DNA of 64,000 nt from Alphaproteobacteria bacterium (GTDB lineage: Bacteria > Pseudomonadota > Alphaproteobacteria > SP197): assembly GCA_965228895.1 (NCBI GenBank), contig OZ245842.1, positions 3,616,001 through 3,680,000 on the forward strand, in the 5' to 3' direction. The translations under genes and the position numbers were made by a program. Every line of letters starts with the position of its first letter. Positions within the stretch are counted from its first letter, which is position 1. Positions 9,660 to 18,775 of the stretch are shown one piece after another. The notes beneath the pieces are model-generated. The model was not told where the DNA came from. It did not search any database and was given only the letters and a program-made list of their open reading frames with translations.

Positions 9660-10742
9660 ATGAGCGACGCAAGCACACTGGCCGTCGACAACACCGCCGC
9701 CGAAGCCTTCTCCGAACGGCTCGGCGACATCCTGAACAGCAGCGCCATCGCGCTGATGTTGTCGATCGGCCATCGCACCGGTTTGTTCGACGTCATGAAG
9801 GACCTGCCGCCCGGTACGTCCGACGAGATCGCAGCAGCAGCCGAGCTGGACGAGCGTTATGTCCGCGAGTGGCTGGCCGCCATGGTGACCGGCGGCGTCG
9901 TCCATTATGACGGCGCGGCCAAGACCTACTGGCTGCCGGATGAGCACACGGCATCACTCACCCGTGGCGCGGAACTCGGCAATCTCGCTGTCTATGCCCA
10001 GTTGATACCGATGGCCGGCGCAGTCCAGGAGCGGCTGCTCGACCGCTTTCAGAACGGCGGCGGCCTCAGCTATCGCGACTATCCGTGCTTCCACACCATC
10101 ATGGCCGAAGACAGCGGCCAAACTGTCGTCGATCAGCTGTTCGAGACTGTCTTGCCCCTGGCGCCGGAACTGCCGGCCAAGCTCGAACACGGCATCGACG
10201 TGCTCGACGCCGGCTGTGGGTCCGGACGGGCGCTGGTGGCGATGGCCGGGCGTTATCCCAAGAGTCGCTTCACAGGCTACGATTTGGAAGCCGACGCCAT
10301 CGACAAGGCCATAGCGGCGGCCAACGAAGCCGGTCTGACCAACATCCGTTTCGAAACCCGCGACCTCACCGGCTTCGACGAGTTCGAGCGCTACGATCTC
10401 GTCACGTCGTTCGACGCCATCCACGATCAGATGAATCCGCAGGGTGTCCTGCAACGGCTTTGGATCGCGCTTCGTCCCGGCGGCCTGCACCTGATGCAGG
10501 ATGTCGGCGGTTCCGCCGAGCTCGACAACAACCGCGACTTCCCGCTCGCGGCCTTCCTTTACACCGTCTCCTGCGTCCACTGCATGCCGGTCTCGCTCGG
10601 CCAGGGCGGCGCGGGCCTCGGCACCATGTGGGGCTGGGAAACGGCCGAAGCGATGCTGCGCCACGCCGGCTTCACTTCGGTCGAGCGTACGGTCCTCGAA
10701 CACGACCCCATGAACGTCTGGTTCGTGTCACGCAAGGCGTGA
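9660..10742 (+). CDS. Class I SAM-dependent methyltransferase with N-terminal winged helix (Rv2258c-like)
   Basis: IGHRTGLF, ERYVREWL, VLDAGCGSG, FDAIHDQ and GLGTMWG. Confidence 0.9.
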   Translation: MSDASTLAVDNTAAEAFSERLGDILNSSAIALMLSIGHRTGLFDVMKDLPPGTSDEIAAAAELDERYVREWLAAMVTGGVVHYDGAAKTYWLPDEHTASLTRGAELGNLAVYAQLIPMAGAVQERLLDRFQNGGGLSYRDYPCFHTIMAEDSGQTVVDQLFETVLPLAPELPAKLEHGIDVLDAGCGSGRALVAMAGRYPKSRFTGYDLEADAIDKAIAAANEAGLTNIRFETRDLTGFDEFERYDLVTSFDAIHDQMNPQGVLQRLWIALRPGGLHLMQDVGGSAELDNNRDFPLAAFLYTVSCVHCMPVSLGQGGAGLGTMWGWETAEAMLRHAGFTSVERTVLEHDPMNVWFVSRKA

Positions 10743-10751
10743 TCGTGGCAC

Positions 10752-10793
10752 AAAAGGACGCGTGCCATACACCGACCAGGCGCGCGTCCTTTT
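10752..10793. terminator. Bidirectional intrinsic terminator
   Basis: AAAAGGACGCGTGCC...GGCGCGCGTCCTTTT between convergent genes. Confidence 0.7.
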
Positions 10794-10796
10794 CTC

Positions 10797-11231
10797 TTAG
10801 AGCACGTCGTCCAGCAAACCGAACATCGACGCCCACTCGTTCTTGGTGAAGTCGACATACTTCGCCCAATAGGGGTGCAGGTCGTGAGTCAAGACCAGAC
10901 GCGTACCGCCGTTCTCGGGCGTCATTTCCGCCGTCAGGATGTCGGGCGCATCCGGTTCTTCGGCCGTCCAGAAACGGAAGACAAGGCGGTGCGGCCGGTC
11001 GATTTCCAGGAACGTGCCCTGATGCTCGACCGGCTTGCCGCCGCGCTGGTCGACGAAGACGAAGGCCCCGCCGACGCGCGCATCGATCTCGACGCGGCTG
11101 ATTTCGCTGCCCGGCGAGGTGAAGAGCCAGCGGCGCGCGACGTCGGGATCAAGCCATGCGTCGAACACCTGCTCCGGTGCTGCGTCGAAATGGCGTTCGA
11201 CGGTAACCCGCACGATCTCGTCATTTGTCAT
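10797..11231 (-). CDS. SRPBCC/AHSA1 domain protein
   Basis: ERHFDAAPEQVFDAWLDP, DARVGG and EIDRPHRLVF. Confidence 0.88.
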   Translation of the reverse strand: MTNDEIVRVTVERHFDAAPEQVFDAWLDPDVARRWLFTSPGSEISRVEIDARVGGAFVFVDQRGGKPVEHQGTFLEIDRPHRLVFRFWTAEEPDAPDILTAEMTPENGGTRLVLTHDLHPYWAKYVDFTKNEWASMFGLLDDVL

Positions 11232-11242
11232 CGCCTCTTCCA

Positions 11243-11764
11243 TCAGTTCCCCTCCGTGCGCAGATAACCCGCAAGCTGATCCAGACCCTTGGCCCAGTGC
11301 GCGGCGTAACCGGTTTCATCGGCAGCGCTGGCAGCCTCAGCGGTCTTGAAGCGGGTCTCCACGGTCAGCCTTGTACGATCACCTTCCTCAGCAAACGTCA
11401 CGATCACCTGGGCGCCAGGCGGCATCCCCGCGCCACCGGCGTTGCGGCCATCGGGCGTGCCGTCATAGACGATCCGCTCGGGCCGGATGATCTCGCGGAA
11501 GGTGGCGCTGCAGCGATAGTCGACGCCATCCGGCGAGCGCACGACATGATGAAAGGCGCCACCGACGCGCAGATCGATCGTCGTCTCACCGACCGACCAT
11601 CCAGCCGGAAACCACCATCCGGCCAGGTGTGCCGTCTCGGTCCAGGCGCGCCAGACAAGATCGCGCGGCGCATCGAGCAGTCTGGTGACAACGACCTCTC
11701 GTCGGTCCGCTGATGCGACATCGCCGGGCACATGATCACTCGAAGGCACCGTCACAAACCTCAC
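11243..11764 (-). CDS. SRPBCC/AHSA1 domain protein
   Basis: TRLLDAPRDLVWRAWTE, DLRVGG and EIIRPERIVY. Confidence 0.88.
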   Translation of the reverse strand: MRFVTVPSSDHVPGDVASADRREVVVTRLLDAPRDLVWRAWTETAHLAGWWFPAGWSVGETTIDLRVGGAFHHVVRSPDGVDYRCSATFREIIRPERIVYDGTPDGRNAGGAGMPPGAQVIVTFAEEGDRTRLTVETRFKTAEAASAADETGYAAHWAKGLDQLAGYLRTEGN

Positions 11765-12499
11765 TCAAGCGCCGCAGCAGGCGTTCCCGGCCGCCGGCGC
11801 GTCGTCGTATTCGTCCTTCAGCCGGACCCAGCTCATGCTGCCCTCTTCGTTTCGGCCCTTCGGCGCGTAATCCAGGAAGTTGAACGGCGTGAAGAGGTTT
11901 TCGGTACCGCGTGTGAAGCCACCATAGGTATGAAAGACGTCGCCGCACGCGTCCTTGGCGAAGATGTTGATCGCCGGCAGGTCCGCCGCGACGTACGGCG
12001 TCGTGCCGTAGTTGTAGCCGCCTTCGCCGGCGGCGATCTGTTCCGGTGTGAACGACGAACCGTAGTCGTAGTTGAAGCTGTTGCGCCCCGACGACACCCA
12101 TCGGAACATCCAGCCCATGCGCTGCCTGACCCGCTCGATCTCGTCGATCGAGGCGCGCGACACCGCCACATAGGAAAGATCGGCATGCTCAAAATGCCGG
12201 CGCGCCGCATCCACATGATCGGACATGCCCGAACATCCCGGGCAGACATGGTCGGAGCCCGGCGCCAGCATGAAGTGCTGGACAAAGAGCTGGCTACGGC
12301 CGTCGAACAGATCGCTAAGCGTTTTCTCGCCGTCCGTACCGTCGAAGACATAGGGTGTCTCGACCTTGACCCAGGGCAAGGCGCGGCGCTCTTCATTGAC
12401 GGCATCGCGCAGATGGGTGACCTCGCGCTCCTTGGCCAAGAGCGCCTTGCGCGCCAGGAGCCATTCGTCGCGGGAGACGATCGTGGGTTCGATTCTCAT
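11765..12499 (-). CDS. DUF899 thioredoxin-like protein
   Basis: IVSRDEWL.AR.ALL.KE, RR.LPWV, LFDGRSQL and CPGCS. Its ATG overlaps the arsR stop. Confidence 0.88.
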   Translation of the reverse strand: MRIEPTIVSRDEWLLARKALLAKEREVTHLRDAVNEERRALPWVKVETPYVFDGTDGEKTLSDLFDGRSQLFVQHFMLAPGSDHVCPGCSGMSDHVDAARRHFEHADLSYVAVSRASIDEIERVRQRMGWMFRWVSSGRNSFNYDYGSSFTPEQIAAGEGGYNYGTTPYVAADLPAINIFAKDACGDVFHTYGGFTRGTENLFTPFNFLDYAPKGRNEEGSMSWVRLKDEYDDAPAAGNACCGA

Positions 12500-12840
12500 C
12501 GTTTCTTCTCCTTGGCTTTGAGTTCGACCAGGTAGGCCTCCAGGCGATCGAGGCGGCCTTCCCAGATCGCGCGCTGTTCGGCGATCCACGCTTCGGCGGC
12601 GGTCAGGCTCTTCGGCGTCATCTGACACGTGCGAACACGCCCTGTCTTTTTGGATTCGATCAGGCCGCTGTCCTCCAGCACCTTCAGGTGCTGCAGAAAG
12701 GACGGTAGCGCCATTTCGAACGGCTGGGCGAGATCGCTGACCGAGGCCGGACCACGGCTCAATTGGGTGAGCACGGCGCGCCGGGTCGGATCGGCGAGCG
12801 CGTGAAAGACGTCATCGAGGACTTCAATTTGGTTAGGCAT
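12496..12840 (-). CDS. ArsR/SmtB family regulator
   Basis: VFHALADPTRR and LPSFLQHLKVLE.SGLI.S.K.GRVRTC. Confidence 0.92.
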   Translation of the reverse strand: MPNQIEVLDDVFHALADPTRRAVLTQLSRGPASVSDLAQPFEMALPSFLQHLKVLEDSGLIESKKTGRVRTCQMTPKSLTAAEAWIAEQRAIWEGRLDRLEAYLVELKAKEKKR

Positions 12841-12900
12841 ATGCCTAACTTATTGTCGTCGCCATCAGGGCGCAAGAAAAAAGTTTGGCAGTTACCTAAC
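12832..12900. promoter_or_regulatory. Two ArsR operator palindromes
   Basis: Perfect GTTAGGCATATGCCTAAC at 12832-12849 overlapping the arsR ATG, and a related GTTTGGCAGTTACCTAAC at 12883-12900. Confidence 0.7.
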
Positions 12901-13839
12901 TTTTCCGGAAACGCCGCTCGCCGACCCGGGCGCTGCCACGCCGGGCATGGCAGCGATGGCGTTGCTGACGTGCTCGACGAAGAGCCTCAGCCGTTTTGTC
13001 TGACGCCGTGCCGGCAGATAGGCGGCGTTGATGGTCAGCGACGGCGCACGCCAGCGTGGCAGAACGTCGACCAGTCTGTCGGCAGCCAGATCGTCGGCAA
13101 CGAACCAGCGCGGCATGACCGCGTAGCCGATGCCAAGGCAAGCCGCCTTGTGGGCGACAAAGATGTTGTTGGTGGTCAACGCGACCTGAGCCCTCACCGT
13201 CTGGCGCCGGCCGTTCTTGGACTCAAGGGGAATGGCGCCGCCCTCGAACGGCTCCAGGGCAGCGCACGGCAGGTCGGCAACGTCGCCAGGCTGCTTCATG
13301 CGATGTCCTTTGAGAAGTTTCGGCGCGGCGACGACAAGCCGCTCGACCGACCCGAGCTGACGGACAACAAGACTGTCATCGGGCACCCGTCCGACCTTGA
13401 TCCAGAGATCGCACCCTATCTCGGCAAAGCGGATCGGCGCGTCGTCAAGCAACCATGTGATGGTCACCGAAGGATGAGCGGCCTGGAAGCGCATGGCCGC
13501 CTCGGCCAGGTCACGCTGACCCAGGGCGACCGGCGCGACGATCTTCAGCTTGCCGTGAACATCGGTCGTTTCGCCCGCATGGCGTTCGGCCAGCGATTCC
13601 CAACTATCCAGCAGGGCCCGCGCCTCGCCCAGGCAATCGTTGCCGGCTTCGGTCAGGCTCAACGCGTGGGTCGTGCGCTGGATCAACTGGACACCCAGGC
13701 GCCCTTCCAGGTCAGCCAGTTGGCGGCTCGCACTCGCCTGCGACATGCCGAGATCGCGCGCCGCAGCACTGATCGAGCCGCGTTCGGCAATACGCGCGAA
13801 CGTGGCCAGCAAGGTCAGGCGATCAGCAGATCGTGTCAT
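12892..13839 (-). CDS. LysR family regulator
   Basis: GSISAAARDLGMSQASASRQLADLE..LGVQLIQRTT. Confidence 0.93.
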   Translation of the reverse strand: MTRSADRLTLLATFARIAERGSISAAARDLGMSQASASRQLADLEGRLGVQLIQRTTHALSLTEAGNDCLGEARALLDSWESLAERHAGETTDVHGKLKIVAPVALGQRDLAEAAMRFQAAHPSVTITWLLDDAPIRFAEIGCDLWIKVGRVPDDSLVVRQLGSVERLVVAAPKLLKGHRMKQPGDVADLPCAALEPFEGGAIPLESKNGRRQTVRAQVALTTNNIFVAHKAACLGIGYAVMPRWFVADDLAADRLVDVLPRWRAPSLTINAAYLPARRQTKRLRLFVEHVSNAIAAMPGVAAPGSASGVSGKVR

Positions 13840-13855
13840 ACGTTATACGTATAAC
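13838..13855. promoter_or_regulatory. LysR recognition site
   Basis: ATAC-N7-GTAT (T-N11-A type) overlapping the palindrome GTTATACGTATAAC in the divergent intergenic region. Confidence 0.55.
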
Positions 13856-13949
13856 AACTATCACTATCGACCGTCTACCGTATCATTGTGCATCGATCCA
13901 TCTTGTCTCTCATCGGCGGCAAAGGCCGCACCAACCAACGGAGAGAGAC

Positions 13950-14744
13950 ATGACCAAGACAGCCCACACGTTCCCCTTGGGTGGCGAGACCGACGTCAAC
14001 CGCTTGGGCTACGGCGCAATGCGCCTGACCGGCCAGCCGGGCAACTTCGGCCCCTACCCAGACTGGGACCAGGGCGTGGCGCTCGTGCGCCGCGCCGCAG
14101 ACCTGGGCGTTGACTTCTTCGACAGCGCCTGGGCCTATGGCCCCGAATATGCTGACCGGCTGGTCGGTGACGCGCTTGACGGTCTCGATGTCGTGCGCGC
14201 CACCAAAGGCGGTGTCGACAAACCGCAGGCCGGCAACATCGTCACCGACGGTTCGCGCGAGACGCTGCTTCGCCAGATCGATCAAGCGCTGGTCAATCTC
14301 AAGACCGACAGGATCGATCTCTTCCAACTGCACCGCGTTGATCCGGCAACGCCGATCGAAGTGTCAGTGAGCGCCTTGGCCGAAGCCCAGGCCGATGGGC
14401 GGATCCGCCATATTGGCTTGTCCAACATCACCCGCGACGATCTTGATCGTGCGCTGTCGGTCGCACCCATCGCAAGCGTGCAGAACCGGTTCAACATGGC
14501 CGAGACGGCAGATGCCACCCTGGTCGATGCTACCGCTGCCAAGGGCATCGCGTTCATCCCCTATGGCCCGCTTGGCGCCAACCCGATGCGCCAGGGCGCC
14601 AAACTCGCGCCGCGCGAGGCGCTCGCCTGGCTGCTGCGCCGTTCGCCCAACATCATCGTCATCCCCGGGACGACGTCGGTCGAACACCTGGAAGAAAACA
14701 TGCGCGCCTGGGATCTCGTCGACCAGGCCGATGCGGAGGCTTGA
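13950..14744 (+). CDS. Aldo/keto reductase
   Basis: RLGYGAMRL, DSAWAYG, IDLFQLHRVD, IGLSN and IPGTTSVEHLEEN. GGAGAG RBS. Confidence 0.93.
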   Translation: MTKTAHTFPLGGETDVNRLGYGAMRLTGQPGNFGPYPDWDQGVALVRRAADLGVDFFDSAWAYGPEYADRLVGDALDGLDVVRATKGGVDKPQAGNIVTDGSRETLLRQIDQALVNLKTDRIDLFQLHRVDPATPIEVSVSALAEAQADGRIRHIGLSNITRDDLDRALSVAPIASVQNRFNMAETADATLVDATAAKGIAFIPYGPLGANPMRQGAKLAPREALAWLLRRSPNIIVIPGTTSVEHLEENMRAWDLVDQADAEA

Positions 14745-14746
14745 TC

Positions 14747-15013
14747 ATGGCCTTCAACCGGCACAAGCAGGCGTTGCTCACCTGGCTCATCGTCTACCCC
14801 ATGATCACGGTCTTGCTGGCAATCCTCGAGCCGGTCGTCGCCGGCCTCGCCCTGCCGCTCAGAACCCTGGTGCTGAGCGTGATCATGGTGCCGGCTCTCG
14901 TCTACCTCGCGCTGCCGGCGGCGTCGGCGCGTCTACATGACTGGCTCACGGCTAGTAGTCACGCGGTGTCTGCCGACACGACACCGCGAACGATCAGGGC
15001 TGCGAGGCCGTAG
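14747..15013 (+). CDS. Small two-TM membrane protein
   Basis: GGAGG RBS. KQALLTWLIVYP...LRTLVLS.IMVP resembles the membrane tail of ABM-domain proteins. The 3' end overlaps the convergent gene. Confidence 0.65.
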   Translation: MAFNRHKQALLTWLIVYPMITVLLAILEPVVAGLALPLRTLVLSVIMVPALVYLALPAASARLHDWLTASSHAVSADTTPRTIRAARP

Positions 15014-17385
15014 AGCACGAGCGCGATGATGACGACCACGGCAAACCCCAGATGCATGGCCAGCAGCATGGCGAGCACGGCGCTCACCACCGACGCGCAG
15101 CCGTTGACGCCCCAGGCCCACGGCACCAGGGCGGCATCGGCCCGCCGCACCAGGGTCAGGCCGAGCGGGAACGGCATGCCCATGAAGAAGGCGAGCGGCG
15201 CGATCAGGGTGAGCGCGATCAGGGCGCGCCCCGCGGTACCGAGCCCGGCGAACGTAGTGAACGCAGTCGGCACGGCGATCAGGTAGAGCAGCGCCACCAC
15301 GACGACGGCGGCCACCGCCACGCTGATCGCCGCCGCTGGTGCTCTTTTGCCAAAGCGTGACGTCATCCTCCCCGCTAACCGCTCGGAGACGCCGGCGCCA
15401 CAGCTGGCGAAGACGAGGAAACCGGCGATCACGATCGCGAGCGCATAGGTCGGATGGCCGAGATAGAGAATGAAGGTCTGGATGAACGCAATCTCGACCA
15501 GGAAAAAGGCGAGCCCAATGGCCGTGAAGTAGAGGCCTGTCGTGCGGACCAACACCCGACGCCCCCGCATCAGGCCGCCGAGCCACAGCGGCAGGAGGAT
15601 GAGGACCAGGCTGATGACAATGGCTTGGACGAGTGTGGCGACCAGGATCAGCTTGCCGAGTTCCAGAAGCGCCGCGCCGCCCGATGTCCTGAGCGCCAAA
15701 AGCTCGGGCAGGCTTTGCCAGATCAGGAAGTCGTGGAAATAGGGCCGATCGTCGCGCGCCGGACGGATGTCGAATTTGTAGCGCGCGATGACGTCGTCCC
15801 GCTCGGGCCCGGCGAGCGCCATGGCGGTATCGTGGAACACCGGCTCGGCCAGCACGTTGAAACGGTTGGCCGCCTCGCGCGCCATTCCAGCGTGATAGAC
15901 AAGATCGAAGGAACGGGCCTGGGCGAACGCCGCCGCAGCCGCGATATCGGCAGGCGTCGCGGGGTCGCGCCCGATAAGCAGCGTGGTCGTCGCCAGACCA
16001 CGAATGACGATTACGTGTTCCCCGGCACGGCCCAAACCTGCGTGCTCAAGCACCGTGAGTGCTGTCAGCATCAGCTTGGGCGTCGCGCGCGGCGGCAGGG
16101 TGAAAGGCTGGGTGATGCTGATCCAGCCGCCGGGTTTCAGTTGGCGCAGCATGGACCTGACCGCTTCGACCGTCAGCAGATAGGTCTCGCTCAGCCCGTG
16201 AAGCCCGGCGCTCGATCCGCCACCGCCGTCGACGACAATCACGTCCCACATGGCCTGCGTCGCCGCCAAAAAGCTGCGGGGATTGGCGACATGCACCGCC
16301 ACGTCCTCACGGCCATAGAGCCCTCCGCTGAAGCCGGCATAACGTTCGGCAACGATGGCGGTAATGTCCGCATTGGGTTCGACAGCATCGACATGCCGGG
16401 CATCGTGGGCGAGCGCCTGGGCCACCGACCGGCCGCCGCCGGCGCCAAGCACCAGAACGTCGGGCCGCGCAACGAGGTCGTAGACCAGCGCGCCGGTGGT
16501 AAAACGAAGGTAGCTTGCCGGGTCGTCTCCATCACCGGCATCGAGCATCCTCGCAGCGTCGGCATCGGTGAAGAGGGCGATCTGCTCCGGCGGCGGCGCA
16601 GGTGCATTGAGGCTCAAACCCGGCGCGCTGCGAAACGGTACGTCGGGGCTCTCGACCACCGAGACAAGGCCCAGGGGCCCGAAGCGCTCCTCGACAAGTC
16701 TAGTACCCGCGACGTTCAGCGTCATCGCCAGGCTCTTCTGTTCGGCGATGACCAGCGCCGTCCACGATGGCGGCGCGACAAGCCATATTAACGCGACCGC
16801 GACAGTCACCGTGCCCGTCCACAAAAGGCGGCGACTGCTGCTCAGAGCCGCGAGCACACCGGCGATCAGGCCGAGCGCGGAGACGGCCACGAGATTGCCG
16901 ACCGGTGGCAGCATGGTCAGCAGGCCGACGATACCGAGCGCGCCGGCTGCCGACCCCAGGAGGTTCCAGAAATAGATCCGGCCGACCGGTTGATCACGCC
17001 ACAGAAACGCGACACCGATACAGGTCGCGCCGGCGGTAAACGGCACGGCCAGGATCAGATAGATCGCGCCCAGACCCAATATTTCGGCCGGCTGCCAGAC
17101 CAGTTCGAGCGCGTTGAAGGGGACGCGCTGCGCCAGAAAGAACGCGACCGGACTGGTGACGGCGAACAGCAGTGCGCCGCCCGTTGACACAGCGTCCAAA
17201 CGCGCCTCGACCCTGCGCCGCATGAGCGCGAGCGCGGCGGCGCTGACGCCGAAACCCAGGAGCGCGATGCTGATCGCCATGAAAGCGAAGTGATGCCACT
17301 GGACGATGGCGAAGAGCCGTGTCAGCAACACCTGATACGACAGGATCGCGGCGGAAATGGTCGCCAACGCGACGAAACGGTTCAT
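14959..17385 (-). CDS. Membrane protein with central spermidine-synthase-like SAM-binding domain
   Basis: N- and C-terminal TM bundles, VLVLGAGGG..V...VDAVEPN SAM motif, DDRPYF, FFMGMPFP.G and WAWGVNGCASV. Confidence 0.85.
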   Translation of the reverse strand: MNRFVALATISAAILSYQVLLTRLFAIVQWHHFAFMAISIALLGFGVSAAALALMRRRVEARLDAVSTGGALLFAVTSPVAFFLAQRVPFNALELVWQPAEILGLGAIYLILAVPFTAGATCIGVAFLWRDQPVGRIYFWNLLGSAAGALGIVGLLTMLPPVGNLVAVSALGLIAGVLAALSSSRRLLWTGTVTVAVALIWLVAPPSWTALVIAEQKSLAMTLNVAGTRLVEERFGPLGLVSVVESPDVPFRSAPGLSLNAPAPPPEQIALFTDADAARMLDAGDGDDPASYLRFTTGALVYDLVARPDVLVLGAGGGRSVAQALAHDARHVDAVEPNADITAIVAERYAGFSGGLYGREDVAVHVANPRSFLAATQAMWDVIVVDGGGGSSAGLHGLSETYLLTVEAVRSMLRQLKPGGWISITQPFTLPPRATPKLMLTALTVLEHAGLGRAGEHVIVIRGLATTTLLIGRDPATPADIAAAAAFAQARSFDLVYHAGMAREAANRFNVLAEPVFHDTAMALAGPERDDVIARYKFDIRPARDDRPYFHDFLIWQSLPELLALRTSGGAALLELGKLILVATLVQAIVISLVLILLPLWLGGLMRGRRVLVRTTGLYFTAIGLAFFLVEIAFIQTFILYLGHPTYALAIVIAGFLVFASCGAGVSERLAGRMTSRFGKRAPAAAISVAVAAVVVVALLYLIAVPTAFTTFAGLGTAGRALIALTLIAPLAFFMGMPFPLGLTLVRRADAALVPWAWGVNGCASVVSAVLAMLLAMHLGFAVVVIIALVLYGLAALIVRGVVSADTA

Positions 17386-18146
17386 TACTCCGCGCGGGTC
17401 AGCGGCACGAAGCGCACGGGCAGAAGCTGGCGTGTCCGGATCTCACCCGCCGCCGTCTTCTCGACAACGGTCAGGTACTGCACCGCGAAGGGGTTGCCGA
17501 CGGGGATCACCATGCGCCCACCCGGCTTCAACTGCTCGACCAGGGGCGGCGGCACGTGATCGGCAGCGGCGGTGACGACGATGGCGTCGAAGGGTCCACA
17601 GTCGGGCCAGCCATGGTAACCATCGGCGACCTTGGACCGCACGTTGTTGAGGCCGAGATCGCCGAACAGCGCTTCAGCGCGTTCGCCCAAGGCCCGGATG
17701 ATCTCGATGGTGCAGACCTCACCGACCAGCGGCGCCAGCACCGCCGCCTGATAGCCTGAGCCCGTGCCGATCTCGAGCACCACATCGCCGGGTTCAGTCT
17801 CCAGCAGGTGGGTCATCAGGGCGACGATCAGCGGTTGCGAGATCGTCTGGCCGTAACCAATCCGCACCGGCCTGTCGTCATAGGCGAGATCACGGTTGTC
17901 CTCGGGAATGAACCGGTGACGTTCAAGGTCGCCCATGACGTCGAGGATCTCCGGCGCAATCGCGCCGTCCTCGATCAAATCGGAGAGATCGCGCGCATGC
18001 CACTCGATCACCTCGATCATCTCGGCCCGCGCCTCGGCGGTGTCGTCATCCGCCTCGGCAAAGACCGCATAGCCGGTGATGGCGCAGGCCAGCACGGCCG
18101 CGAAGGCGGCCCGTCTGCCAATCCTTCCATAACAGTCGTGGTTCAA
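17385..18146 (-). CDS. pcm: Protein-L-isoaspartate O-methyltransferase with N-terminal signal peptide
   Basis: RHRF, AY.DRP..IGYGQTISQP, VLEIGTGSGYQAA, GPFDAIVVTAA and QLKPGGRMVIPVG. The start is uncertain (TTG 18146, or 18191). Confidence 0.9.
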   Translation of the reverse strand: MNHDCYGRIGRRAAFAAVLACAITGYAVFAEADDDTAEARAEMIEVIEWHARDLSDLIEDGAIAPEILDVMGDLERHRFIPEDNRDLAYDDRPVRIGYGQTISQPLIVALMTHLLETEPGDVVLEIGTGSGYQAAVLAPLVGEVCTIEIIRALGERAEALFGDLGLNNVRSKVADGYHGWPDCGPFDAIVVTAAADHVPPPLVEQLKPGGRMVIPVGNPFAVQYLTVVEKTAAGEIRTRQLLPVRFVPLTRAE

Positions 18147-18313
18147 GGCTGCGTCTTGTCCAAACGTTGGGCTCCTCGCGCACCAGGTCACTGACCAAAG
18201 CTACCATGGTCAGCGAAACCGTCGAAAGTCCGGCAATCGGTAAGGCCGGTTATCAAGGGCTCTGTTATGATGATAGGCCTTCCCATCGACCACCTGCTAT
18301 CGGGAGCACCGCC

Positions 18314-18769
18314 ATGAAACGCCGCGTCACTGTCGGAATCCTCGCCCTCTTTGTCACCCTGCCCGTCGCTCCGGCGCTCGCCGACGATGACGAAGACGCG
18401 ATCCGCGCCGCCAGCATCCAGCTCCAGGAGAGTTTCGCCGCCGCGGACGCAGCCTCCGTGGCGTCGTACTACACCATCGATGCGGCGCTGCTTCCCGCTG
18501 GCGGGCCGCGTGTCGAGGGGCGTCAGGCTATTCAGAACTATTGGCAGGCGGCCATGGATGCGGGTATCGCCGACCTGCAGCTCAATACCCTCGAGATCGA
18601 GGACGACGATGATCTGGCCTACGAGACCGGCACCTATTCGCTCTCCGCGCCCATGGAAGACGGCACGCTGGGGACCGTCACCGGTCACTATCTCGTCGTC
18701 TGGGAAGAAGGCGACGACGATCTGTGGCGCATGCACCGCGATATCTGGAACGTCGATCCGCCGCAATAG
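18314..18769 (+). CDS. Secreted DUF4440/SnoaL-like (NTF2-fold) protein
   Basis: GGGAG RBS, signal peptide ending ALA, YT.DA.LLP, AYETGTY and HRDIWN. Confidence 0.85.
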   Translation: MKRRVTVGILALFVTLPVAPALADDDEDAIRAASIQLQESFAAADAASVASYYTIDAALLPAGGPRVEGRQAIQNYWQAAMDAGIADLQLNTLEIEDDDDLAYETGTYSLSAPMEDGTLGTVTGHYLVVWEEGDDDLWRMHRDIWNVDPPQ

Positions 18770-18775
18770 GCCGGC

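Noticed and set aside
14959-15013. 55-bp convergent gene overlap
   Set aside because: Probably a trivial stop-codon drift in a GC-rich tail.
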